Shown here piece after piece: positions 19,802 to 29,904 of a DNA stretch of 60,514 nucleotides (position 1 is the first letter of the stretch; each line of letters starts with the position of its first letter). The stretch lies in the IMG/VR virus record IMGVR_UViG_3300001525_000125, positions 1-60,514 of that record, one strand, 5' to 3'. A program made the position numbers and the translations under genes. The DNA is from a virus. A model generated the notes under the pieces. It worked only from the letters and a program-made list of their open reading frames with translations. It had not been told where the DNA came from and ran no database searches.

Positions 19802-20161
19802 CTATTGTATGTTCTTGTATACAGGCTTCAAGTCATGCTTAGTGTAGAACACGTATCTGCTTACACCATATCTGTCATACAAGCCTAGCCAGAAGTTTCT
19901 GATCTGATCTACTGTCAAGTCCAGCTTGTCAAACTTGTCATGGCTTACACATGAATTCACTACATATCTGAAGCTGAACATGTCAATCATAGCAACAGGC
20001 TTGCCTGTATTGTCTATCACTGCGGCTGTCCTGCAATGCTTGATCTTGTCAGGCCATGCACAGATCCTGAATTGCAAGTCCAAGTCTTTAAATTCTTCTG
20101 CTATCTTTTCTGCAAGCTGATACGCCCTAGGCAAGAAATCTCTCTTCTTGAATTTCTTCAT
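19802..20161 (-). CDS. hypothetical protein
   Basis: ORF 119 aa. Confidence 0.55.
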   Translation of the reverse strand: MKKFKKRDFLPRAYQLAEKIAEEFKDLDLQFRICAWPDKIKHCRTAAVIDNTGKPVAMIDMFSFRYVVNSCVSHDKFDKLDLTVDQIRNFWLGLYDRYGVSRYVFYTKHDLKPVYKNIQ

Positions 20162-20211
20162 ACTGTTCTCTCCTGTCTATTAAGTCTATGTTCTTCTATC
20201 TATACAAGAAA

Positions 20212-20237
20212 AGACATGTACATTTCTGTACATGTCT
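20212..20237. terminator. Hairpin between genes
   Basis: AGACATGTACA-tttc-TGTACATGTCT, 11-bp perfect stem. Confidence 0.45.
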
Positions 20238-20279
20238 AGTCGTCTTTACTGTCAAGGAGATACAGCTATGACTTACATT

Positions 20280-20693
20280 CTAGTACTTCTTCGAGACAGT
20301 ACATTTGTCCATGTCTATCACGAACGAAGTAGCATCAAGCTCAATCCTGTCAAGCATGCTAGCTTCATGCTCATTGATGACTCCATTTGCTACAAGCTCG
20401 TCAATGCAGTTCATCCATGCTATGCACCTGCCAGTCTTCTTGCAGAACTGCTTAGCGTCTCGATAGTCACAGACAGTAGTTCCATAGTACACTGTCAGTC
20501 GGTCTTTCTCAATTTCTGGAAAGTATTCTCTTGCAGACACTGTGGTCTTTCGTTCTTTCCATGTAGTGATGATGTACCTGCCATACTGGTCTTTCTGTGT
20601 CTTGACAATTGGCTTTGTTGTGTCATACAGCACTTTGACGATCAGTTCACGCACATCATTCTTTCTGTTAGAATTCTTGATTACTATTCTCAT
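20280..20693 (-). CDS. hypothetical protein
   Basis: ORF 137 aa. Confidence 0.5.
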   Translation of the reverse strand: MRIVIKNSNRKNDVRELIVKVLYDTTKPIVKTQKDQYGRYIITTWKERKTTVSAREYFPEIEKDRLTVYYGTTVCDYRDAKQFCKKTGRCIAWMNCIDELVANGVINEHEASMLDRIELDATSFVIDMDKCTVSKKY

Positions 20694-20757
20694 AGAAGTT
20701 TCAGTTACCTCGAGTTATATTGTGTTAAAAGTATAGTTTCAATATGTCTTGAAAAGA

Positions 20758-20904
20758 CTACAGCATTGCCAAGAAGATCAGCAGTAATAATGCAAGCATA
20801 GGCAGTACTGCGCTGTCAAACCACGGCAGTCCAATGAAGAAATGAAGCATAGTCAGCAGCAGAATAGCTGCTACAAGCGTAAGAAGACTAGAAATGAATC
20901 TGAA
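20758..20904 (-). CDS. small predicted membrane protein, 48 aa
   Basis: MFRFISSLLTLVAAILLLTMLHFFIGLPWFDSAVLPMLALLLLIFLAML. Confidence 0.45.
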   Translation of the reverse strand, partial: FRFISSLLTLVAAILLLTMLHFFIGLPWFDSAVLPMLALLLLIFLAML

Positions 20905-20914
20905 CATGCACTAT

Positions 20915-21397
20915 CTATCTGCTTTGTTCTACAGCTAGCACTTGTCCGTCTTTCAAGTCAAGCTCATCGAACACTATCATAGCATGTTCTGTTAGACAAG
21001 AAGGCTTGATGCTTTTATAGAACTGCTCTACTGCATCATTGTCTTCTAGAATCATGTCAGAGTCTAAGTCTAGATTCAATGTCAAGACTGGCTTGACATA
21101 GCCTGCTTCTTGTTCAGCTTGTTCAAGCTCCTCTTTCAAGACTTCTAGCTCTTCTTGCTCGTGTGGCAAGTAGATGTCTTGTCCAAGCTTCTCTGTACGT
21201 TTCATGTACTCGTTCTCAACAATCTCGTCAGACTGTAGCTTGTCATACAAGTCAAGCTCATCACAGAAAGCTTTCTGCCAGTCTTCTTCATGTAGCAAGT
21301 CTAGCTTTGACTTGTAGCTAAAGAACGATTCTCGACATTTGACGAGCTTTTCATACGAGTTTCTGCTCTTCAAGACAAAAAAGTTTGTCTCTTTCAT
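20915..21397 (-). CDS. hypothetical protein
   Basis: ORF 160 aa. Confidence 0.55.
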   Translation of the reverse strand: MKETNFFVLKSRNSYEKLVKCRESFFSYKSKLDLLHEEDWQKAFCDELDLYDKLQSDEIVENEYMKRTEKLGQDIYLPHEQEELEVLKEELEQAEQEAGYVKPVLTLNLDLDSDMILEDNDAVEQFYKSIKPSCLTEHAMIVFDELDLKDGQVLAVEQSR

Positions 21398-21634
21398 CTA
21401 TTCTTCTCCTTCAAGAACTTCTGCACAATGACGCCAGCTATTCTTATGCACAGTCACTGCTCTAGAATGCATACAGTCATATCCAGCTGGCAAGAACATG
21501 CTTACAAACTTAAAATAGCTATCAGTCAGTTCTTCATTGTTCTCTGTATTCCAGCACAGCATCTTCTTTGGTGGATCAAATGCTATTGGCTTGTCAGAGA
21601 CATATTCTTTCAGTTCATGTCCGTGATACTTCAT
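21398..21634 (-). CDS. hypothetical protein
   Basis: ORF 78 aa. Confidence 0.5.
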   Translation of the reverse strand: MKYHGHELKEYVSDKPIAFDPPKKMLCWNTENNEELTDSYFKFVSMFLPAGYDCMHSRAVTVHKNSWRHCAEVLEGEE

Positions 21635-21867
21635 TTCTTCTCTCTAAGTGCTCTGATATCGTTCATGACTAGTTCGAAAAACATGTACAAGAACGTCAGA
21701 ACACCTGCAATACAGTTCAACTTGCTGTCATATGCTAAGAAGCAGTACATGTTCAATGTCAATGCTGCTATCAAGAACAGATACATACAAGCACGTAAGA
21801 TTCTGGCTTTTCGTTCTACTTTGGTGATCAGTGCTATAGTTTCATTTAAGTCATCCATAGACTTCAT
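21631..21867 (-). CDS. predicted membrane protein
   Basis: ORF 78 aa with two hydrophobic segments. Confidence 0.5.
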   Translation of the reverse strand: MKSMDDLNETIALITKVERKARILRACMYLFLIAALTLNMYCFLAYDSKLNCIAGVLTFLYMFFELVMNDIRALREKK

Positions 21868-22328
21868 TCTCCTAGCTTGTTGATTTCATATGCTTGGCGT
21901 ACAATCATGCCAAGTTCTTTCTTCATTCTATATGCAAGACTTTTGACTTTGTAGTCTGGCTCATAGATTCTGTAGTCATTGATTGACCTGTTGAATCTGC
22001 GCATCATAGATTCACAGTCTCTGCAAGTCTGTACATAATTCTTTCTTGCCCTAGCATATTCAGATACTAGTTTCCTGATACGTTTCTTTGTGTTTGCTTG
22101 TACTTCTTCTTTCAGTTGATCGAGAGACAGTCTGTTAATGAAATTGCATACACACGTCACAGCATATGGAATGTATACATACAGTTTCTCTTTGTCTACC
22201 ACATTAGCATAGCATATCGTCTCTTCTAGCTCGCTGTCATACAGAGACACTATACTGACTTCATCAAGCAATTCTGCTTTGATGTCTAGCCGTTCAAGTT
22301 CTTCTTTCATGTATGCTATGTTATTCAT
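21864..22328 (-). CDS. hypothetical protein
   Basis: ORF 154 aa. Confidence 0.55.
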   Translation of the reverse strand: MNNIAYMKEELERLDIKAELLDEVSIVSLYDSELEETICYANVVDKEKLYVYIPYAVTCVCNFINRLSLDQLKEEVQANTKKRIRKLVSEYARARKNYVQTCRDCESMMRRFNRSINDYRIYEPDYKVKSLAYRMKKELGMIVRQAYEINKLGE

Positions 22329-22361
22329 AGATTATAGTATAGTATGTTTCTGTATGATGTA

Positions 22362-22880
22362 CTACATTATTTCTATTTTGTCTATCATACTGTACTGTAC
22401 AAGCTCTTCGACCCTTTTAGTTATTCTATGTTTCAAGTTCCAACTTTCTATACTGTCTCTGTTCTTTGCTAACGTCTCTAGCAATGCTTCTTTGCCAGCT
22501 TTTTCATCTATTGTTTCTGTGCTTGTAAGTTCAACCACACTAATCAAATCAATTAGCTTGTTATGTATCACATATGATTCGACACCTAGTATGTTCTTGA
22601 CAGACTGTCTATATATGTTCTCGTAGGTGTCAACTGCATCTGCTTCTATGATCGACTGTACCAATGTATCATCGCTCTTCACGCTTGTGTATGGACATAT
22701 AGAAAAAATCCCACAACCATATTCCATAGCCGGCAGAAGCAAGGTGTCATTCTGCAAAATTATACGCCATCGCCATGTGTTTTCGTATCCACCATGCGCA
22801 TATGCCAAATCCAGTCTATTGCAATCTTTCTTAGTAACTAGCTTCTCGGCAGGATTGCTTACTGTATCGCACATTGTCAT
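22362..22880 (-). CDS. hypothetical protein
   Basis: ORF 172 aa. Confidence 0.55.
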   Translation of the reverse strand: MTMCDTVSNPAEKLVTKKDCNRLDLAYAHGGYENTWRWRIILQNDTLLLPAMEYGCGIFSICPYTSVKSDDTLVQSIIEADAVDTYENIYRQSVKNILGVESYVIHNKLIDLISVVELTSTETIDEKAGKEALLETLAKNRDSIESWNLKHRITKRVEELVQYSMIDKIEIM

Positions 22881-22933
22881 ATTTCTTCAAATCTTCTATT
22901 ATGTTTCTATGTACTTTAAGTGTGCAATGTCGT

Positions 22934-23449
22934 TCACGTAGTCTTGAATATCTGCATCAGGCTACTCACCATCTCGTTAAGCTCATTCTCTCTAGCTTTC
23001 ATGTATGCAAATGACTCTGTAGCGCTCTTTGCTAGAACAATGTCTTCAAACTTCTTGTTTTCTGTGGCTATTATGTCTTTCATGTTCTCCCATGTGTGCA
23101 AGCATGCTACATACATGTTTTCAAGACCTTCTGCTATAGTCTGCATAGCTTCTCTAGATGCAGGATATAGTGACTCTGTATCTAGTTTGAACGAAAAGAA
23201 GCTCTTGTTGTCACTCGGCCATCTATTGACCATCAAGTACGGTTCTACTATTGTGTTCATGCATGTAGTATTATGACTTAGATATAGCATAGTCTCGTTG
23301 AACACTATGTCTTTGTAGCATTTCAGCCATCCAGTATTGTCAGTAAGCCGACACTTAATCTTAGTACTTTCTATGATTTTACTTCCAATCTCAAACAGCT
23401 TAGTTCCATCAGAGTACATATTGTCATTTCTCTTGTCATGTAGTGTCAT
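22934..23449 (-). CDS. hypothetical protein
   Basis: ORF 171 aa. Confidence 0.55.
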   Translation of the reverse strand: MTLHDKRNDNMYSDGTKLFEIGSKIIESTKIKCRLTDNTGWLKCYKDIVFNETMLYLSHNTTCMNTIVEPYLMVNRWPSDNKSFFSFKLDTESLYPASREAMQTIAEGLENMYVACLHTWENMKDIIATENKKFEDIVLAKSATESFAYMKARENELNEMVSSLMQIFKTT

Positions 23450-23551
23450 ATGCTTTTGTCAATCTATTTCACCTATTTTCATCTTCTTAGTATGTTCTAT
23501 GATTTCTGTAAGTTCTTTCTGAGTCATGACTGCTTGCTAGCCAGTGTATTT

Positions 23552-23959
23552 TCACATTTCATCCAAACTACTCAATTGATCTATTTGTCTAATTAGCTCT
23601 TGTATGTTTCTTTCTTCTTTCTGTCTGGCTCTGACGTAGTCATTCTTGGAATCATAGTAACTGGGTCTGAATCCTCTGTGTGCTACTGCTGATTCAGTTT
23701 GCTTTGTACACTTGCTGTCGAAACAAAATTTATCTGCTATGTCGCTCAACTTTATGCCAAGACACCCGCTGCAATCGCTGAACAAAAATTTTGGAAAGAC
23801 GCTAAGCAGCATACCTATTGCTATCACAATTACTCCTAGACACATACTCGCGACACAGTCTAGATTGTCGTTATCGAATACTGACACTGCAACTACAGAT
23901 GTCAACGCTAACACTGCTATACAAACGATGTTCAACAATGTTTCTTTTACATTATGCAT
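23552..23959 (-). CDS. predicted membrane protein
   Basis: ORF 135 aa with two hydrophobic segments. Confidence 0.5.
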   Translation of the reverse strand: MHNVKETLLNIVCIAVLALTSVVAVSVFDNDNLDCVASMCLGVIVIAIGMLLSVFPKFLFSDCSGCLGIKLSDIADKFCFDSKCTKQTESAVAHRGFRPSYYDSKNDYVRARQKEERNIQELIRQIDQLSSLDEM

Positions 23960-24329
23960 TTTCTACACCGACTCCTATGTCATCTAACAGTTTGTCATAT
24001 TTGTCTATCATTTGCTTAGTAGTACTGTTATGCGAAATACCTACGCGTCCAGTCAATATGTCATCTATATCGACTATGGGTGTTTTGCCGATATATCGGT
24101 TGATTGTGTCAAACACGTCTGCATCTGAAGTTTTCCAGTGCTTACCGTTGAATGTACCTGCATATACTCCGCAACTGCAGTTTTTCCAACAACCGACATT
24201 GACTCTTCGAATATTGTCTGTGTTACTGTCAGGCACACCTGAATCACAAAACTTTATGAACCAGACTGTTCCAATTCCAAAGCATAAGCCCATTATCATT
24301 ATGAACAACATTATGAACATATCACACAT
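23952..24329 (-). CDS. predicted membrane protein
   Basis: ORF 125 aa, hydrophobic N-terminus. Confidence 0.5.
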   Translation of the reverse strand: MCDMFIMLFIMIMGLCFGIGTVWFIKFCDSGVPDSNTDNIRRVNVGCWKNCSCGVYAGTFNGKHWKTSDADVFDTINRYIGKTPIVDIDDILTGRVGISHNSTTKQMIDKYDKLLDDIGVGVENA

Positions 24330-24885
24330 ATTAAGCCTTTTTTCACCATAAATGTATTGTGTTTACTTCATTGTCGTTATTCATGTCTTTCTTCTGGTAC
24401 ACATTGTTTGTCATCTAAGAACAAAGCAGTAAAGACCATCAAGAAAAATATAGCACAAACTGATATTGCGTAAAACATATTGAAAGTTCCTTTCTAGTTT
24501 CAATAGGACATTATCTTATTCTAACTGTTGAATTGAATCAACAATGCTTTTCTCTAGTAATCATACATAGTATTCCAGTCATCATAATAACTTACGTTAT
24601 TGCTATTACATCTTATCACAGGAATCTGAATGTAGTACAAGCAATACTACGCCCATCATTATGCATAAGCTTGCAAAGAGCAACACGATGTAAAATATTG
24701 TTTCTGGTGTAATGCACATATTGTAATTCTCCTATTTTATCGTTTGTGTTCTACAATATAGTTTCGACAAGATATTCTAACATCAAGAATCTATGTTACT
24801 TTTTTGTTACAAATCGTGAGTGTTTGCATGTGAGTATCGAGATATCTCGTAGAATCTATGCTGGTAGCTACGACAGACCAAGCCA

Positions 24886-24911
24886 CGAAAAGCCGCGTCG
24901 GCGGCTTTTCG
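24886..24911. terminator. GC-rich bidirectional terminator-like hairpin
   Basis: CGAAAAGCCGC-gtcg-GCGGCTTTTCG, perfect 11-bp stem with A/T flanks. Confidence 0.65.
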
Positions 24912-25216
24912 AAGAAAGCATTTTAATTAAGTGGTTTCTCGAGCAAGATCCCAAGCCGAGTTCTAACGTGATCATGCTCAAAAGACGTTCTACTTTCTTA
25001 GAATCATTTCCTTCAAGTTGATAGTGTTGGTAGACTGTTTTGTCGTGAACCTAGAGCAATACGCAAGTCAAGTACTGTATCAGCATCATGATTATAGTTT
25101 TGTTCATAGATTGTCTATAGATTGATTACAAGTTGAACATATAGAAAAAGACTTGCTATACCATATATTGACATGATGCGCTAGATAGAACAGTATGCAA
25201 ATTGTCATATCTTAGA

Positions 25217-25630
25217 CTAGCCATAGATGCTGTTGTGGCGAATCATCTTGTGTACAGCAGCAAGTCCCTGAAAGCATTGAAGATATACTGGAGGAAGTTT
25301 TTCGTATAGAAGCCACTGAATGTCAGAATCCGCGTAACCATAATAGTTGTCATTTACGAAAAAGTTTTCGTAAAACCATTTGCATTTGCTCTTGAACATG
25401 CGTTCATTGTAGAAATCAGCATTTCCGAGTCTTTCAAGAATTACGTCTTTGTAGTTACGCCACATGTCAGAAGAGACATATTCATCAAGAGCATTGATGC
25501 ACTGTTGTTCTGTCATGATGGTATCGAATCGAGAATCAAGTTTTTCAATCAGGTTAATCATATTGTCATTCCTTTGTTGAGGTTTACAATAACAATAACA
25601 ATATAAATTATTTTTTCGAAAAATGTACAA
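25217..25630 (-). CDS. hypothetical protein
   Basis: ORF; likely start MINLIEKLDSRFD. Confidence 0.5.
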   Translation of the reverse strand: MYIFRKNNLYCYCYCKPQQRNDNMINLIEKLDSRFDTIMTEQQCINALDEYVSSDMWRNYKDVILERLGNADFYNERMFKSKCKWFYENFFVNDNYYGYADSDIQWLLYEKLPPVYLQCFQGLAAVHKMIRHNSIYG

Positions 25631-26022
25631 TATTTTTCAATTATTTTGCAACTATTTTCCAGACTTTATGCCATAAGTTCATGTCAGACTTGAAAATTTC
25701 TGTCTTGCTGTCATATATGTGTTTTCTGTCAACATTATTATAATAGTGTTGATAGTTTGTATCTAGCACACAATCGACATATTTTGTTGTTGTGCGAGAC
25801 ATCTGTAACATATAATGCATTTGGCATCAATTTTCAAGTTTCAATTACAGCAGCATGACTGGCTTTACAATTTTCTAGTAAAGAAATATCGAAATTATGA
25901 CTAGCTTTTTCTATTTAATAGAAATTTTTGCATTATGTAGTCTTAATATTCTAATCGACATTGATGATTTATAGCATTAAGAGTGCAAATATCCATATTC
26001 GTATTGACAATATAGTATTTTT

Positions 26023-26352
26023 TTACATATCTTCTATCAATATGATCATATTTTCTTTCAATATTCTTTCAGAAATTTTTGACATTTTGTTCAATATCTG
26101 TATTTCAGATTCATTTGCATATATTTGCATGTAGAAACTATTATAGCGTAATTCTACTGTTACACACTTGACATGTGAATTTTTTGACTTGTATGTCTTA
26201 TTGACAGAACCAATTCTTGTATGTTTTTCGTCAGTAGCTCTAAGTTCAAAGTAAAGATAGTCATTTGTCTTTATGACTATCTTGTCAGAAATAGATCTCA
26301 GCATGTCAGTAGCGCATAACCATAAGTCTGTCATAGCAGCATAGAACCCCAC
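26023..26352 (-). CDS. hypothetical protein
   Basis: ORF 109 aa. Confidence 0.45.
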   Translation of the reverse strand: MGFYAAMTDLWLCATDMLRSISDKIVIKTNDYLYFELRATDEKHTRIGSVNKTYKSKNSHVKCVTVELRYNSFYMQIYANESEIQILNKMSKISERILKENMIILIEDM

Positions 26353-27414
26353 AAATCTTCATCAGACTCAAAGAAGCAAGTCTGAGGTGGTGTAATGTCG
26401 TCTACTTGTTTAGTGATAGACAATGAATCAAAGTCTATTTCTGGCTGCATAGCTCCATAGCAAGCCCAATAAAGTCCAGACACTAGATCATCATGTGATC
26501 CATTGTTAGGTCCTTTGAATACATTAGGTGACACTTCTTCGAATCTAGACAATTGCTTGATAGTTTCACCGTCTTTCAGTGTCAGTATGTTGTGTTCAAT
26601 CAGTCGTTTAAGTTCAATGCATGCATCTAGCTTAGAAGTCTTCGTAGCTCTAGTGCCAATTTTGCCATTGTGGTCTGTATTCAGGACAGTTCCGCATTCT
26701 TCATCAAACCATACTTTGTCAGCCACAGTCTTGCCAATTTCATTGTTTTCGATGATCATTGGTGCATCGTTGTAGAATCTGTCAATGTCAGCGACTACTG
26801 TAGCAAACTTTTCAGCATCTATAGTATTGTCTGCGTAGCATGCTACTTGTTCAAACTTTTCTCTAGAATAAAGTCTGACTACCTGTACAACTGCATAGTC
26901 TTTGCCAGTACCAGTAGCAGAATCTACGCCCATGACATACAACGCCCCTTTGACTGGTGGCTGCCAGATCTTCATAGAATATCCGTACTTGTATTGCGCG
27001 GGCTCGACTGGAACCATCTTGTCGAGACAGTCTGGATCGACTAGTGTAGAAGTAGAACCGATGAATGCACAATTGCCATTGACAATTCCGTTCGCTGTAG
27101 CATACTTGTGATCAGGTGCGACATTTAATGGAGAATAGACCGGAAGTGACGTTTCTGTAACTTCTACGGTCTTGACTATATGTTTCTTATCATCTATAGA
27201 ATCTAGAATGTCATTCGGCTTAATGTTTTCTGCAAATGTTTCAACACTGTCAATATAGAACTTATGTCCTCTTGACACAGTCATTCTTGAATTGTCAGTA
27301 AAGACGAGCTTGACAACATTCTTTGTAGTTTGCATTAGGCCTTCGAATGTATGGAACTTACCGTCAGATCCGCGAATCTTAAGGCCGACATTGATTGTAA
27401 ATCATGTATGACAT
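26331..27414 (-). CDS. Terminase large subunit, C-terminal extein preceded by a long C-terminal split-intein fragment; one CGG +1 site
   Basis: SD GAGGTG at 27425-27430 then ATG at 27414: MSYMIYNQC-GLKIRGSDGKFHTFEGLMQTTKNVVKLVFTDNSRMTVSRGHKFYIDS...YSPLNVAPDHKYATANGIVNGN|CAFIGSTSTLVDPDCLDKM...; nuclease region MGVDSATGTGKDYAVVQV. Confidence 0.8.
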
Positions 27415-27517
27415 ATTATATTTTCACCTCAATAGACTGTATATTACAATATTTAACTACAGTAAGAAAGCCAGCATCTGTTAATACTGGCAATAATTCA
27501 TATACGGAACTTTCTAG

Positions 27518-28210
27518 TTATTGTTGAATAGAGACGCCATTGACAAGACTTACGCCTTTGCTGACCATGTCCCATGTATTGTAGTTGAACTGGATTTCTA
27601 GACTTACTTTATCATCACCTTCAGCATTAAGACTTACACTTCCGTTGTCAGTCGGGAATACGTCATAGAATACCCAGTAGTTGCTAAGTTCATTCTTCAA
27701 TGCAGAATCATAGAGATGTACTTCAACTTCAGCAGTGTATTGTGCAATGAAGTCAGAAACAGCTCCACCGGGTTCAATAGAGAATTGAGATACACCTTTG
27801 GGTCCAGCCGGAACAGCATGGTTGTAGATAGCATTTTGCCATTCGAAGAAGAATCTTTGTGTAGCCAAGTCCTGAAATTCATCGAACTTTACTGTTACGT
27901 CACCGTCAGTCTTTGTTTTACCAGGATAGTGTCTGATAGAACCCATATATTGCGTATTGATCTTGTTAGTTGTCTTCTTTGGCAATGAAATCGAACGTGC
28001 TCTGAGCATCAACGTTGTTCCTGCATCATCTCCTGTAGCAGTAACAATGTTCTTGTTCAAAGTATTCAAGATCTGTGAAATAGCACTACCGCTGATGAAC
28101 TTGAATCTCACTTGAAAGAGAAAGTTCTTAAGTAGATCCGGGTAGTTCAGTATGCTACTTGTATAAAGGTTCAATGATTCTGCCATAAATTTTCTCCGTA
28201 TATGTGTCAT
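27518..28210 (-). CDS. Tail tube protein (T4 gp19-like)
   Basis: MAESLNLYTSSILNYPDLLKNFLFQVRF...; position next to tail genes. Confidence 0.5.
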   Translation of the reverse strand: MTHIRRKFMAESLNLYTSSILNYPDLLKNFLFQVRFKFISGSAISQILNTLNKNIVTATGDDAGTTLMLRARSISLPKKTTNKINTQYMGSIRHYPGKTKTDGDVTVKFDEFQDLATQRFFFEWQNAIYNHAVPAGPKGVSQFSIEPGGAVSDFIAQYTAEVEVHLYDSALKNELSNYWVFYDVFPTDNGSVSLNAEGDDKVSLEIQFNYNTWDMVSKGVSLVNGVSIQQ

Positions 28211-28215
28211 CAGAA

Positions 28216-28441
28216 CTAGGCTTGTTTTTTACTTAACTCTAACAGCTTTGTCTTTATCCAGTCTAAGTCAGTACTGATCTTTGCAAATTGTGTTTTTATG
28301 TCAAGATCGTCATAATCATTCAGTCTTTTCTTTATTCCGCTCAATTTCCTTTTCATCAGACTTAATCTTGAACAGCATTGCTATGATAGCTGCAGCTAAG
28401 ACTGGACTAGCATTTTGAATTAAGTTTATTATGTCAGCCAT
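28216..28441 (-). CDS. Hidden gene with one CGG +1 site: small membrane plus coiled-coil protein, 74 aa
   Basis: MADIINLIQNASPVLAAAIIAMLFKIKSDEKEIE-GIKKRLNDYDDLDIKTQFAKISTDLDWIKTKLLELSKKQA; CGG at 28337-28339; not in ORF track. Confidence 0.65.
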
Positions 28442-28491
28442 GGTATGCATCTCCTATATGTTATTTATCTTTAAGAAACTCAATTGCTAGA

Positions 28492-29065
28492 CTAGAATCT
28501 TACAGTGATTGTTCCAGTTAGCTGAGTTCCACCCGCAGAACCGACATATTGTACAATATTTACACATGTCTTGATGCATTCTTCTATTCCGTTTAGACAA
28601 AGCTTGCATAGCAGCTTCGTGTGTATTTGGGGCTTGCTTGAACATTTTTACTTTGAAAGTTTCAGCTTGTAGACTAAAGTCTGCTAGCAATATGACTGGC
28701 ATAGGTGTCAAGAACCCTGCAGCAGTGCAATCAATTGTCCAAGCCGAAGTCGTGAGTGTATAGCTAAACAAGTTCAACAAGCCTAATACGGCGTCATTTC
28801 CAGAGTGTAAACATTTTTTTACATATAGTTCATTTGGAATGCTGATGACAGATGAACTATTGAAACCGCCTAATAGTCCAGTCATAGGTACTGTTATTGG
28901 ACCAGTAACACTAGTTCCGACAAACATGAATTTGGCAAGACTGTATTCTGCTTGAAATAGACGCCAGAATTCTGTAAGTGCAGATGTTGTTGCGCTCACT
29001 ACTTTGTCTGGAGTATTAGCTCCAGCACTATATTTAGAAAATATTTGTCCGTATTGTGGAAACAT
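28492..29065 (-). CDS. Tail/baseplate-associated structural protein with a CGG +1 site near the C-terminus
   Basis: ...HEAAMQALSK-GIEECIKTCVNIVQYVGSAGGTQLTGTITVRF; zero frame gives Cys/Trp-rich nonsense. Confidence 0.65.
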
Positions 29066-29902
29066 TATACGTATACGTTTACGTTTGGCAATGCTATCGG
29101 ATCACAGTGTGGTGCTCCAGTAAACAGACAGTTTGAAAAGTTGTTGACTTTTCGTTTAGTTTGACTGGCCTGTCTTACACCATTGACTTCGACATCGACT
29201 GCATTCTTGCCCAAGTTTATGTCACTGGACTTAGCATTTATGTTTATCGTGCCTTTCTCGGATTCAATGTTTATGTCACCAGAAGTAGACTTCAGATTTA
29301 CAGTTCCAGCAATTGTGATGTCTGCACCTGGAATGTTAGTAGTGACAGATGCACCGGGCTTAATCAATGGAGTAGAAGTCTCTATAGAAATTGCACCATT
29401 AGGTGAAATAGTCACGATAGATCCGCTTCTATGTGTCATTCTCATTTCACCAGAAGCACGATTTAAAGTGACACGTTCACCTTCATCGGTATGTAACAGT
29501 ACCATCAAGTCGGGATATTCTGTTATTTCTTCTGGATGGTCTAGCAGTTCAGTAGTAGCATAGTTTTCTACGTTAGCTGCTATAGCTGTATAGATGGGCT
29601 TGTGATCGTCTCCGTGATCAAAGTAGCCTCTTACTATAGTGTCTACTTCTGGAATGACAAGATTGCCGCGTTTAGAGCCAAGATACGTAGATTCTGGCAA
29701 AGCCCAAGGTATAGCATTTTCTGCAATGTCATCATAAAATCCGAAAAATCTTGATCTTTACTCGTCCAAGATACAATGGATCCGCGTTGTCTACTACTTT
29801 GCCTGTCCAGCTATTATTAAACTTTTTTTCTTCAGTGTTTGAAAATAACTGTTGAACACTATTGTTGTTGTTTATCAGAATGTCACGTATGTTGTTCTTC
29901 AT
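29065..29902 (-). CDS. Baseplate central spike, gp5/VgrG-like, one CGG +1 site
   Basis: MKNNIRDILINNNNSVQQLFSNTEEKKFNNSWTGKVVDNADPLYLGRVKIKIF-GFYDDIAENAIPWALPESTYLGSKRGNLVIPEVDTIVRGYF...; beta-helix-like repeats at C-terminus. Confidence 0.8.
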
Positions 29903-29904
29903 AA

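Noticed and set aside
20232-20801. 189-aa plus-strand ORF
   Set aside because: Antisense to the more protein-like 137-aa minus-strand ORF, and begins inside a hairpin.
24746-25021. 91-aa plus-strand ORF with two in-frame CGG codons (PRRRLF)
   Set aside because: The CGG pair lies within the terminator hairpin; no support as coding, so it is not used as a counter-example.
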